Positions 36,570 through 49,862 are shown, counted from the first letter of the stretch. The stretch is DNA of 64,000 nt from Octopus bimaculoides (GCF_001194135.2 NC_068982.1:168558520-168622519), one strand, 5' to 3'. The notes: a model not told the origin generated them from the letters alone. Translations and numbers: made by a program.

Positions 36570-37452
36570 GAGGATTCGAGGAAATGATCGAGGGTCGAAA
36601 TATCAATTTCTGATACACAGAGTGGTGTGGAACGATTATAAGGAAAAACATACTAATCTGGATATGGCACAGATCGATTCCTGGATTTTAGAACGCCTTG
36701 ACTTAGTGTCTAATAACATTTTGAATTTTATCAGATCAATGAAGAACTGAAATACAGAATTAACATCGTCTGGAGAATTTTGGGCGAATATTTACATCAA
36801 GAGAGACATATTTCAGGGGGTTAGTCTGTCACCATTGAAGTTTGTGATTGGTATGATACCACTCACAACGATATTACAAAATGTGACATCAGAGTCACTT
36901 GAAAAGTGGAGAGAAGTTGAATCACCAGTAGTATATGCATGAGTTAAAGTTCTCCGGTAAAAGTGAGCCTAAAATAAATGGTCTGCTTTTAACAGTGCAG
37001 GTATTCAGTATGGATATCGGGATGGATATCGGGATGGATATCGGGATGGATATCGGGATGGATATCGGGATGGATATCGGGATGGATATCGGGATGGATA
37101 TCGGGATGGAATTTGGGATTAATACGAGTAAGTGTTGCATGCATATCATAAAAAAGGCAAGTATTGTCATCTGGTGTTGCAGAAATGTCCAACGGCGAGA
37201 GAATTAAGGATGTTGAGGGGGGATGGATCGAAGTATCTGCTATTTTGTCATACGACGAAATCAAGAAGAGTGAGATGAAGGAAAGTTTTAGGCGAGAATA
37301 CCTTAGGAGAAACGAGTTAATTATGAAGAGAAAATTCAATGGAACGAACAATTTCAGAGCAATGAACATTATATTTTTAATGCGATATGGTGCAGGTGTT
37401 GTTAGATGGACAAAGAGTGAGCTCAAGGAAATGGATAGAAAAAGCAGGAAAT
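36570..37452 (+). mobile_element. Decayed R4/Dong-like (REL-clade) non-LTR retrotransposon RT fragment
   Basis: RGNDRGSKYQFLIHRVVWNDYKEKHTNLDMAQID; IKRDIFQGVSLSPLKFVIGMIPLT; KLNHQ*YMHELK (YMDD motif decayed); SMDIGMEFGIN; REYLRR..LIMK; MRYGAGVVRWTKSELKEMDRK. Confidence 0.85.
37010..37110. repeat. Perfect 12-bp tandem repeat (atggatatcggg)x8 within the RT
   Basis: Reads MDIG x8 in frame. Confidence 0.95.
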
Positions 37453-37869
37453 AGAAATGTTATGAGTTAAGAAAACAATTATAAAATCCTCACTACAGGA
37501 CGACAAAAGTTGCCTAGGAAAAGAGAGCAAGCGGAAATAAGAATAATCGTAAAGATAAGGAAAAACAGAAAGTTGGGAAAAAGCTAAAACAAAAAAAAAA
37601 ATTATAAAATGGCAATACAAGATTTCATATAAAAGCAATTGCAAAAACACCCTTTTTTTTATTCGTTAGTTGAAGAGAAATAGACAGGGCTAATGGGCTT
37701 TGTAATCTTCGCGTATATTGGTGCGATTGATGCTATGAACCTGTCGTTCAAACTGTTGCAAAATAATGAATGCATGAAAATCATATGCATCGTGTGAATT
37801 CAAGAATGTCAGTGTTCTGGGAAGAAAGAACTGAGCGTTGTGGTTAGAGCAGGGTCTCGCGATCGATTA

Positions 37870-38760
37870 CAGCATGGGCTATGAGAGGAGAAGAGACTAG
37901 TGAGTCAAAAGTACATGAGTGGAGGTGGCACAATTTAAGCTACCTTCCAGTAAAGATATTATCGCAATGTACCAGAAACGGCAAAGAGTGGATACAGAAC
38001 ATGTGCAGTTCAATCCTTCTGCTTCTAACTTCCTTCCTTACATTAAATCTACCATTGCCTTCTTTCAGTTTCTTCGTCACGTCGCCATTGTAGTGAAAGC
38101 TCTAATTCTGTGATTAATTCAAATCAAAAGTTTTACTTCTTTCACGCTTGGTGTACCTTCAATTCGCTCCAGTCACAGTTTTTTTGCTGTTTCACACCAC
38201 CACCTTTCTAACCTACACTCGACCGTCAGACAACTGCATTGTTTTCTCACATTCCAATCTCTTTGAATCTTCACTCCTCTCTTCCCAACGTAACAACTTA
38301 CGTGATCCTCTAATCAAGAGCTCTTCAATTCACAACTACGCCAACCTGGAATCTCTGCATTCTCCTGCGTCCTATAAAATATTTACCCATTCATCTCTAA
38401 CACTTCTGTTCCACGTGTCACCAAGTCTCCTCACGAAATCTTCGATCAACTTCGGTTTCATTGCCTGCAAATTGGATTTACTACATTGTATGCCAGTCAG
38501 TTCAGTGCCCTTAATATGCATCAAACTGGTCACCACCTGAATGATGTCTTCCATAAACACCTACCGAAGTTTGCAATATTGCAACTAGCATCAAGAAACC
38601 ATTTCAACTCTACTGACAATTCTTCCCATCAACTCTATCTTTAGTGACCACCGATTTCTAGATTCTTTTCTGACTTTTCCCGCATCTATCATACTTGTCG
38701 CCGGTTCCTGGAATTTTCCGTAGCGAATATGTAAGGCTCCTAATAAGGCATAGATTCTCC
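37870..38760 (-). mobile_element. Possible old RTE-like LINE fragment
   Basis: Heavily decayed minus-strand hints (SGGDQ.DAY, RWW); low certainty. Confidence 0.3.
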
Positions 38761-39099
38761 TTAAATGCCCAATTTATATTATCATCAAAATCGACAATAG
38801 TTCTGCAAATTCAACGATGAATTCGTCTCCAAATCAAAACAATTTTGTCAAAACGTGTAAATAGAATCCTCTGCAGCACCAACAATAGAACCAGATTTTG
38901 GAGGAAATCTTATGGACTACCATGTGCTAAGGGATATTCTTTATATAGTTGTTGTAACGTAATTCCAAAATATTAAAATCAAGAAACAATGGAATAATAC
39001 AGGAAGAAATCAAGAATTGACCTTACTGTTACAGATTCTGAAAAATTGGTTAACATGTTGAAATATAAATCAATAATCTACTAAAAGCTCCATAATCAA

Positions 39100-39765
39100 C
39101 GCCTCAGTAACCCATTGGAGAAATAAAAACTGCACTACTCCAGAGGAGCAGAAAGGATTATGTAAAGTTCATATGAGTATAAATGTCATTAATTGAACCA
39201 TAACGCAAAATTGTATGACAAGAAAGAATGGTCTCAGCTTAACATAGATTCATTGCCAAAGGATTTCCAACAGCTTCTCCCTCGTTGATCCCGGAAAATT
39301 AGGAAAGAAGCTGGAATAACAAGCAGACACCTCAAAGTTGATATTAAGAAATGTATAAGAATTTTACAGATCAAAACAAAAGTATTCCCTGTCATATAAG
39401 AAATATTTCAAGATGCTTACATTCACCTTATATATATTAACAGATTTAAGCAACATACTAAGCCAGATAGAATTAGAATATGTGTGTTATAGAATCACAA
39501 AGTAAACATCCTCTGCACAAAGACGGACTCAAGTCGGGTGGCTCAGATGATAAATAACTAGAAACCCTGTTCCATATACAACAAAGATTTGCTTGAGAAA
39601 TTGGCATTAAATTCAATTCGGAAAATAGAAGCCAACCAGTAATATGAACTTAAAGAAACAGATAACCGAATTAAATCCAAGACAGACTTTAAAATACTTA
39701 GGAACTAATTAACTTGACACAATCGAATTAAGGAAATAGTTAAGAATGAATATTATAGACGCAAA
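39100..39765 (+). mobile_element. Older, heavily decayed R4/Dong-like RT fragment
   Basis: PEEQKG; HPLHKDGLK...LETLFHIQQRFA*EIGIKF (compare HLLYMDDLK...DIGMKF); FKYLG. Confidence 0.55.
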
Positions 39766-40087
39766 AGATTAATATTTAAAACTGGAATAATTGCCAAAAA
39801 TAAGGTAGTAGATATCAATACCTTAGATTTTCCCGTTAGGAATTAGAGCTGTAACATTCTCAACTAGAATATATTAGACAGATAGGAAAATAATGACTTC
39901 ATTGAGAATGCAGCACCAAAATCCGACGCAGAAAGATTATTATTATTATTATAATTATTATTATACATTCCCCACATATACAGACATACACGGATGCACA
40001 CATACATACACACACACGTACATATAAATACATATGCATAAACACCCTAGAATATATATATATATATACATACATATATATATATAC

Positions 40088-40159
<72 letters not shown>

Positions 40160-40851
40160 ACGTAATGTATGTTTGTACGTACGTATATAAATTACAAATA
40201 GATAAAACAAAACAGTTTTATATCTTCAGGGAAGACAACAAACATGAAACAGAAGCTGCGATAACAGAAAATAATGATGAGAAACAAGAAAATAAAATAT
40301 CAAAAGAAAAAAAAACAAAAATAGAAATTGAACAATAAAATGTTGCTAATGCATTGGCAAGGAAAGCTCTCAACACTAATGTCTGACAAGACTTGGCAAG
40401 GTGGAACTGAATAAAGAGAAAGCCGATCACTGATTGAAATGTAAGGGTATCAATGGAGAGATCAAAAACTGTCTGCAAATAACACAACCGAAGACTTACC
40501 ACCAAAAGCGAAAAAAAAGACTCCCTCATTCCAACACGCACATACATACAAAAACAGTTATATTAATTAATATAAATACGTATCTCTGCCAAATCGAGAA
40601 CACCATGCACACACATGCAAAGGGCACCGAGTTGCACGGCAAGTTGTCGATTGCAGAGTTAGCCCAAATCTAGTTGGAAAGTCGACTCTGATACGATTGA
40701 ACTCAGATATTAAAAGAAACATTTAGTCCAGCCCTCCGCTTTTACACCGACCAGCGCTCTGCATCCTCTTGCCCCTTCTCCGCCGTAACCACCTCCTCCT
40801 CTTATCTTACTTCAACTACCACTTGAAATATTGTGGGGAGGGATCTTGCCT

Positions 40852-41913
40852 AATGCGGCGAGCTGGCAGAATCGTTAGCACGACGGGCGAAATGCTTAGC
40901 GGTATTGCGTCTACCGTTACGTTCTCAGTTCAAATTCCGCCGAGGTCGACTTAGCCTTTCATCCTTTCGGGGTCGATAAATTAAGTACCAGTTACGCACT
41001 GGGGTCGACGTAATCGACTTAATCCGTTTGTCTGTCCTTGGTTGTCCCCTCTATGTTTAGCCCCTTGTGGGCAATAAAGAAATAAGAATCGTTAGCACGA
41101 CGGGCGAAATGCTTAGCGGTATTTCATCTGCCGTTACGTTCTGAGTTCAAATTCCGCCGAGGTCGACTTTGCCTTTCATCCTTTCGGGGTCGATAAATTA
41201 AGTACCAGTTACGCACTGGGGTCGATGTAATTGACTTAATCCCTTTGTCTGTCCTTGTTTGTCCCCCCCCCCCTATGTTTAGCCCCTTGTGAGCAATAAA
41301 GAAATAAAAATCGTTAGCACGCTAGACAAAATGCTTAGCGCTATTTCACCCGGCGCAACATTGTGAGTTCAAATTCCACCCAGGTCGACTTTGCATTTCA
41401 TCCTTTCGGGGTCGATAAATTAAATACCAGTAAATCACTGAGGTCGATGTAATCGATTATCCCCCTCCTCAAATTTCAGGCCTTGAGCCTATATTAAAAA
41501 GAGAGAGGTCTTGCCCATTACATCGACCCCAGTACTTGAATGGTACTTATTTCATCGACGCCAAAAGGATGAAAGACAAAGTTGATCCCGGTGGGATTTG
41601 ATCTCAGAACGTAAAGACAGAGGAAATGCCTCTAAGCATTTTGCTCAGCGTGCTAACGATTCTGCTAGCTTCGCTGCCTTGGTAACTATAATAACTCTTT
41701 CTGCGATAGGAACAAGGTCTGACATTTGGTGGAGGGGTTGGGGGCAAGTCGATTACATCAACGCCAGTATACAACTAGTACTTACTTCGTCGACCCCGAA
41801 AAGATGAAAACCAAAGTTGAACTCAGAGAAATTTGAACTCAGAATGTAAAGACGGACGAAATGTCGCTAAACATTTTGTCTAGCGTGCTAACGATTCTGC
41901 TGGTTCGCAGCTT
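40852..41913. mobile_element. SINE family 1 cluster: three + copies (40852-41084, 41085-41306, 41307-41500) then two - copies (41513-41680, 41695-41913)
   Basis: Each carries a B-box and core; orientation switches near 41505. Confidence 0.9.
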
Positions 41914-42715
41914 CAGTTACTATCATCATCACCACCATCACCACCAAATAAATAATAATGATATTAATAAAAAAAATTATTAAAATAGTCATAGCAATAA
42001 ATATGCGAAAAACAAGGACGACGACGATGATGATGACGACGATAAAAACGATGACGACGACGACTTTTTTTCCACTGCCAAAATAATGTTTACATTGCTA
42101 TTTGATTGCAAATCAGTTCAATATGAAACAAATATATAGAGAGAGAAACTATTATACTTAGAGTAAAAAATTATCACTGTTCATCTGCAAACAGTGTCAA
42201 ACTAGTAGACGCTCCCTATAGACTGAACTCGTGTAAAGACGTCTTATTGTCCGAAATCAAAGCAACCAGAATCAAAAATAAATAAATTATTATGCAAATA
42301 TAGTATAAAATGTTAGAACTATTGTTTAGATCATAGATTTCAGATATAAAACTTGTTATGATAAAATATAAATTATATACGCTATTTAAAGATATATTCT
42401 GTGGTTAATCAAGAAAGGAAATGGAAACTCAACAAATATTACAAAGGCTAAGTTTAAAACACGCTATACAGAACTAGAAGTAAAAGCCATTTGCTGTATA
42501 CAACAAGCTATCAAGCTCAGGATCATATAATACATTATGAAGCTGTTAGGAGTAAAGTGAAAAGAAAGTAGCAGATATTCTGAAGTTCCACTTTATAGAA
42601 CATATATACATACATATGTGCATGTGTGTGCGAGTGTGTGTGTGTGTGTTGTCTCTNNNNNNNNNNNNNNNNNNNNNNNNNNNNNNNNATATATATATTC
42701 AAAATAATGTGGACG

Positions 42716-42756
42716 CCTCTGATGAGAACCCAATAAGGTTCGAAATTCGATTAAGG
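42716..42756 (+). ncRNA. Minimal type I hammerhead motif with intact core
   Basis: CCT CTGATGA GAACC-caataa-GGTTC GAA ATTCGATT A AGG; stem III is one substitution from the palindrome ATTCGAAT; lies next to (TA)n and a gap. Confidence 0.6.
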
Positions 42757-43085
42757 TTATTCCTTGTTTTTTCAGAATTTTAAAGAATATTGAAAAAAAA
42801 TTCTAATTTAAAATCAACTGCATTCTCAAGAGAAATTAAGTACCTGGTGCAAAGGGAGAAGAAAATTCAGAAACTCATAGAACCATTATATTGCTAAAAG
42901 TGCAGGCGATGTAAAATTTCTTTTTTTTTTTTTGTTTCTTCTTCTTTGAGGAAGAGACACAGGTGAGGGAGAAATGAAGACGAAGACGGAGTGAAGGAGA
43001 GAGTGAGTCAAGAGGAGAGAGAAAATAGCTAAAGAATATTAGGAACAAAACCTTTGAAGAAATCTTGCAAAGACAGTAAAACATT

Positions 43086-43530
43086 GGTTTCAAATTTTGG
43101 CACAATGCCAGCAATTTGGGGAAAGGGTGTAAAACGATCACACCGACCCCAGCATTTAACTGATACTTATTTTATCAAACCTGAAAGGATAAAAAGCATA
43201 GATTACCTCGGCGGAATTTGAACCCGGAACGTAAAGAGGGGTGAAATGCCGCTAAGCATTTTGCCCGACGAGCTAACGATTCTGCCAGCTCGTCACCTTA
43301 AGGACAATAAAATATTTGTTTCATTTTTTGTCACAGGCCAGCAATTTCGGGGAAGAGGTTAAGTCGATTACATCGACCCCCAGCATTCAACTGGTATTTA
43401 TTTTGTCGACACCGAAACAGTGAAAGCTAAAGTCGACCTCAGCAGAATTTGAACTCAGAACATAAAGACGGATGAAATGTCGCTGAGCATTTTGTCCCGT
43501 GTGCTAATGATTCTGCAAAGCTGGCTGCCC
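43086..43530 (-). mobile_element. Two SINE family 1 copies (43086-43298, 43317-43530)
   Basis: The second copy is flanked by taaggRcaataaaatatt at 43299-43316 and 43531-43548. Confidence 0.85.
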
Positions 43531-44406
43531 TAAGGGCAATAAAATATTGAAGCAATGACTTTTAAAAGCTGGAAAACAGATTGTTGAAAATAAAATTTTA
43601 AAACTGCTTTCAATATTGCCATTCATAGCAGTAGATTTTGTTACCAGACTAAGTTTGATAATAGGTTGGTTGTAATGAAACAGAATTTCACATAGTATAC
43701 ATTAAAACAAACACAAATACAATCGAATAAATGACCCCATGCAAATATCATTATAAATAGATCCGCGAATATATATATATATGATATTACATAATATTAT
43801 TTGTAATATAAAACTCGTGTTCGCGTATTGCCATCGCCTAATCGAAAGTCGTAGACATGCGAAGGCTACGACCAGTCATTTTTGTGATAAACCTTACTTT
43901 ATTTCCTGCGATGCCTGTGCGCGATGAGCTTTTATAGTAGGGAATGATTTGCAGAAATCCATTCCCACTCTCTGAACATGGACAACATAAACTTGAAAAG
44001 AGCTAGTCTACATCATCGAATATTGTCAGTGTCGCAGGTTTTCTCTCAGACTTTCCCTCTCCTAGAGAGATGTTATGACAATAACAGAGGGGTCTACCAT
44101 TTCCAGTGGGTCAAGTGTACGCCTGGACACCAACCCAGGTATTTCCACGTCCCTGCGCGTACATACATGCATACATACACATATATGTATATGTATGTAT
44201 GCACATATTGTAGGATAGCTGTTGACTACTCATGAGCACTTCCGCTGTTTGACAGGTCTTATTTTTCGTCCTGCAGGATGTCCACCCTCTTCACCAAGCA
44301 AACTTGATGGGGTTGCCAGTTTAGTCGCCGACGACCCGACCATACAACAGGTTGTACTGGGTTACAAGTTACCAGTAGCGACCTGACATAACTCTTTGTG
44401 TGTATG

Positions 44407-44437
<31 letters not shown>

Positions 44438-44541
44438 ATACATATATGTGTGTGTATGTATGTAAGTATGTATGTATACTCATGTGTGATGTTTTTTATT
44501 GCCCACAAGGGGCCAACATAGAGGGAATACTCATGTGTGTG

Positions 44542-44574
<33 letters not shown>

Positions 44575-44579
44575 ATTTT

Positions 44580-44646
<67 letters not shown>

Positions 44647-45333
44647 TGCAGCAGTATGACCGCACCCGAATGGCTGAACATAATAACAGAATACGTACAA
44701 GTATACATATATAGAGAGCTATAATTATCAACTAATGAAACATAATACATCTTAAAACACAAGTTTCAATTCTAAAATGTGGACATGTGGACGCATATAT
44801 ATACACATTGAAGTATAAAACACCAGTACCAAGGTTTATATTCTGAGAATTACATGAAATGCACAGAAAATATACACGTTATAAAAAACTAAATTACTCG
44901 TAAAATACGTGATATATGAGCATCCATAAATAAACTCTAGCCACTTCAAAGCGTATAATTATATTAACATACACAAATCTATGCAGTACAAAGTAAACCT
45001 AAAATTATATACATCCATAAATCAAAACTACAAGAAATGGAGACATCTATGCATGTTTATAATTTAGCGATCTAAGCCAGTACAATTACTGTCGTACAGT
45101 AGAAAGTAAACCTGAAAAATTATATATATCATTGGTATAAAAGCAGGCAGGATAGGTATAGAGTAAAGTGCGTAAAAACGAGTGAGAGAGCGCGCGAACG
45201 AGTGAGAGAGAGAGCGAGAGAGATAGAAGAGATCAACATTCAGCGGATTACTGAAAAATCGTTGTTACGGTTATCCGTGACTGTATATGATAGAATAGTT
45301 TACATTCATTTTTTAGAATTATTTCAATATTTG

Positions 45334-45414
45334 CTTGAGGTAGTTATCCCTCCAAGTTTCTTGAGGTAGTTATCCCTCCAAGTTTCTTGAGGTAGTTATC
45401 CCTCCAAGTTTCTT
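45334..45414. repeat. 26-bp perfect tandem repeat x3
   Basis: cttgaggtagttatccctccaagttt at 45334, 45360 and 45386. Confidence 0.95.
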
Positions 45415-46325
45415 TATCACAAATGTTAGTTATCAGACATCATTACTAGAGTCCCCGCCGGGCAAAAAGTACATTTGGCTTCTTAAGATTTAGCCATACG
45501 TAGTAGCAATGCTCATATGCATCAACAAATATAGTCTTAGGTGTAATTTTAACTATTACTGTAACCATCTTTTAACAAAATAATTAAAAGGATCGGTAGT
45601 TGTGTGTGTGTGTGTTCACGGGTGTCTATATGTGTAGTATAGTGTAAATACAATGAATACTGAAAAAAAGACAATATAGAAGGGAGAAGATTTAACAAAT
45701 ACAGTCTAAGCAGCACAATATTTCGGACTTTAGCTCTTCATCAAATGAATTAGAAATCATAATGGACGGGATAAAGAATAGACAGTGAAACAGAGAGAAG
45801 CAGATGAGGATTTATGCAGGTGTTCGTGTGTGTGCATACAGAGGGAGAGAGAGACAAAACAAAAACAAACACACACACACTCACATATGTATATATATAT
45901 ATATATATATATANNNNNNNNNNNNNNNNNNNNNNNNNNNNNNNNNNNNNNNNNNNNNNNNNNNNNNNNNNNNNNNNNNNNNNNNNNNNNNNNNNNNNNN
46001 NNNNNNNNNNNNNNNNNNNNNNNNNNNNNNNNNNNNNNNNNNNNNNNNNNNNNNNNNNNNNNNNNNNNNNNNNNNNNNNNNNNNNNNNNNNNNNNNNNNN
46101 NNNNNNNNNNNNNNNNNNNNNNNNNNNNNNNNNNNNNNNNNNNNNNNNNNNNNNNNNNNNNNNNNNNNNNNNNNNNNNNNNNNNNNNNNNNNNNNNNNNN
46201 NNNNNNNNNNNNNNNNNNNNNNNNNNNNNNNNNNNNNNNNNNNNNNNNNNNNNNNNNNNNNNNNNNNNNNNNNNNNNNNNNNNNNNNNNNNNNNNNNNNN
46301 NNNNNNNNNNNNNNNNNNNNNNNNN

Positions 46326-46370
<45 letters not shown>

Positions 46371-48266
46371 CATACAGAGAGAGAGAGAGAGAGAGAAAGA
46401 AAGAGAGAGAGAAGAGGGAGTGAGAGAGAGTAGATCTGAAATTTACACTCGTCTAAGGAAGGCTCTAGTAAGTGGAAAATGTGATGACTCATTTGCATAT
46501 AACTACAAAAATGTATATTAGGCTGCTTAAATGATTGGTTGCTTAAACCTTACGACACTGCTGTCATGGCGAGTCAGCATAATAATGTTCAGGTTGGAGT
46601 TAAAGTGGGAGTACCAGAATTAATTATTTTTTTCCACTGTTATGTTCATAAACTGAATCTCGATTTAAGTGAAAATGTCTCCCAAATTTTTTAATCCAAC
46701 ATATTTTTCTCTATTTTAAAGGCTTCACAAGACAAACGCCTTTGTTTGATATATCTGTAGGTAAACGCTTCTCCAACAATCTTGCACCAACACGATAGAC
46801 ATATAATTTTTAATTGGTTGCAACTATTAGAGAGAAGATAGAAGACATATATAATCCTTTTGATGCTATTCTGTAAAATGAGAACAAAAATGAATCGAGA
46901 AGCTTTCCAGAAGACCTCTGGAAATATTCGACTTCAATTTTTTATTAATTCTTGCATTTTTTTCATTTACTGAGCATCTTTCTAAGATGTTGCAAGCAAA
47001 AGCTATTGATACAGTTTTTAGTTGTATTACTGCTAAAAGAATTGCTACCATTTTTTTTTTAATTAGGAAATCTAAATTTGATGACACTTGAAATTTGATG
47101 GAAGGAAAATGACTCCCTTCTAGGAAAATAACGAATCTTTAACATTACGAACGTGATAGAAAACTTTTCTCTGAAATATTTGATAAATAGCTGTTTTTCC
47201 GGGTTTCACTTGGGCAGTGTGGTGGATTTGGTTAAAGGCTATTTCCTATGTATATTTTGAATAATAAAAAGAACTAAAAATAAAAATCTTTTAAAAATTC
47301 CAAAACCAAAGAAAAAGTAAGAACAACCCCAAAACAATACGATGCTAAGGATTTTGCGGGTCGATATTGTAAAACTAACTTCACGTGTGTACCCNNNNNN
47401 NNNNNNNNNNNNNNNNNNNNNNNNNNNNNNNNNNNNNNNNNNNNNNNNNNNNNNNNNNNNNNNNNNNNNNNNNNNNNNNNNNNNNNNNNNNNNNNNNNNN
47501 NNNNNNNNNNNNNNNNNNNNNNNNNNNNNNNNNNNNNNNNNNNNNNNNNNNNNNNNNNNNNNNNNNNNNNNNNNNNNNNNNNNNNNNNNNNNNNNNNNNN
47601 NNNNNNNNNNNNNNNNNNNNNNNNNNNNNNNNNNNNNNNNNNNNNNNNNNNNNNNNNNNNNGTAAGCTATAGTTTTATTTTTTTCTGTGCCTCTGATTAA
47701 AATTTTTGAAAAACAAACCCAGCCACATTACTTGGAAAAAAATAATCTTTATTATGCTGGTTTTTCGTAAAATTTCGCGCATGGGAAATGCAACAAAATC
47801 GCCCCTCTCCACTTTGAATGGGATATTCCTATCTTAAAAAGTAATAATCGATTATCTCGGTAACCATGGGAGTTGGAGGGCAATAAAAATCCCCTGAACA
47901 TGAGCGGACCATGCTGCCGCTCTGTGCTGAATTTCACGCGATTCCACTACACCGTTGTCGAGTGAATCTGCCGACACTCAATCAATCAATCAATCAAGCA
48001 AGCAATCAAGAACACTGCAGTTTATAGTATAGATGATATTTTCCAGATGAAAGAGCGACTAAAATCAATGATAAATTTAGAGTTTATGTTACAAAGGTTT
48101 GTTACATGATAATACTAAGCTGTGAGAACCTTCCAATCCCTCAAAATAAATTATTGTCCATTTTTTTAATATTTTGCCCGTCTTAGATCGAAATTAACTG
48201 TGTTATATTCTTGTAATGTTTTCACCAAAATGAATATAGAAGATCTCCAACAATATCTGTTAGCTA

Positions 48267-48655
48267 CAGGAGTGGTTGTGTAGTAAGAAGCTTGCCTGTC
48301 AAACACATGGTTCCAAGTTCAGTCCCACTGCGTGACACCCTGGGTAAGTGTCTTCTATTATAGCCTCGACCCGACCAAAGCCTTGTGAGCGATTTGATAG
48401 ACAGAAACTGAATGAAGCCCGTCGTATATATGTGTGTATGTATTTGTGTGTTTGTGTTTGTCCCCATCCCACCATCGCTTGGCACCGATGTTGGTGTGTT
48501 TGCGTCCCCGTAACTTAGCAGTACGGCAAAAGAGACCCATAGAATAAGTACTAGGCTTACAAAGACTAAGTCCTGGTGTCGATTTGTTCGACTAAAGACG
48601 CTGCTCCAGCATGGCCGCAGTCAAATGACTGAAACAAGTAAACGAATAAAAGAAT
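48267..48655 (+). mobile_element. tRNA-derived SINE family 2, near full length (CORE-like central block)
   Basis: Head aggagtggttgtgtagtaag...gttcagtccca; accctgggtaagtgtcttctattatagcctc; internal (TG)n; tail ctccagcatggccgcagtcaaatgactgaaacaag. Confidence 0.85.
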
Positions 48656-49298
48656 ATGAAATGTTCGTACTCTGTTCCACAAGGACATAAACTGATCCAT
48701 TTAATCTTAACCAGTTTGAACTCCGTCTGTTAAGTGTTCTTTTCCCGAGCTTGAAAGAATAAAAAAACTACTCTGCGTAATATTCAAAGACAAGAAAGAA
48801 AGACAAGCCATGTGGTATTCTCAATTGAAAAAATTAACGAGAACCAGGAAGGTTTTTTTATTTCCTTGTCGCGGAAGAGTTTTACCGATAGACTTGCAGC
48901 GTAGTGTTTTAATTCAAGTAAATTATTATACTGAATTTTGTTAGATAAGCGTGTTTTATGTGCATTTAACTAGCAAAGCCATTGCAAATTAGTGCAAGGT
49001 GCGGTATGTTTACTTCAAGATATAAAATTGAACGTAAATAACAAATTTAATTTTCATATAGCTATTTAATTTTCATAAGCAATCGCTTGTAAAAAGAGAT
49101 ATACATGCTGTATGTACACAACATAAATTATATCGTTCAAAACTTTTTAATTATATGCTCTGACATAACTACTAGGAATTGCCACTAAGATATGCATGCA
49201 TATCGAAGTTTAAATACAAAATAAATTTAGTATAAGGTCACAGAGTGCAGCAGAAAATGACAGAAAATAGAGTATCATATATTCTGCAATTCACATAT

Positions 49299-49676
49299 GC
49301 GCGTTTCAGATTTCTTGGTTATTTCAGAATTCTGCCTGAAGAATACATGCACATTAATCGATCCCATATTTCATCGACTAAGATTCTACAATTTGACAAG
49401 TGGGATTTAGGAAACAAAACATCATATTACATTTCTATCTCCATCTGGTTAATCCTATTGCTAAGCAGGTCTGCTGAAATACCTCCCTTACACATTATAC
49501 AGGTCAATTCCTAAAATGTTTTCTATACTAAACAGTGTGATATATCTTTGAAAACTGTGGGATGGTATTCGATTTCCCTATCTCTGTAGAATCTTTGTCG
49601 ATCAAATTTCTAATTGACTAATCAGCATATTCACTTCATCGCAGAATCTTGGAAAACCAACTTATCTGAAACGCGC
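49299..49676. repeat. Old inverted repeat, about 92-bp arms (49299-49390 and 49585-49676)
   Basis: gcgcgtttcagat..ttggtt..agaattctgc..atcgac.aagattctaca present in both orientations; roughly 70-75% identity by eye. Confidence 0.65.
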
Positions 49677-49722
49677 TTAATGCATAATACTGTATTATTT
49701 GTGCCTTTTCACACACACACGT

Positions 49723-49765
<43 letters not shown>

Positions 49766-49809
49766 CATACATATGTACGTATATATATATATATATATAN
49801 NNNNNNNNN

Positions 49810-49862
<53 letters not shown>

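Noticed and set aside
32270-45414. 108-bp, 12-bp and 26-bp repeats as possible CRISPR arrays
   Set aside because: Head-to-tail repeats with no unique spacers, no cas genes, and a eukaryotic context.
47395-47990. GTAAG immediately after a gap plus CpG-containing sequence (possible hidden exon)
   Set aside because: Any exon would lie inside the Ns and cannot be supported.
33887-48330. A-box/B-box sequences as tRNA genes
   Set aside because: They are SINE heads; there is no cloverleaf and each continues into a SINE body.
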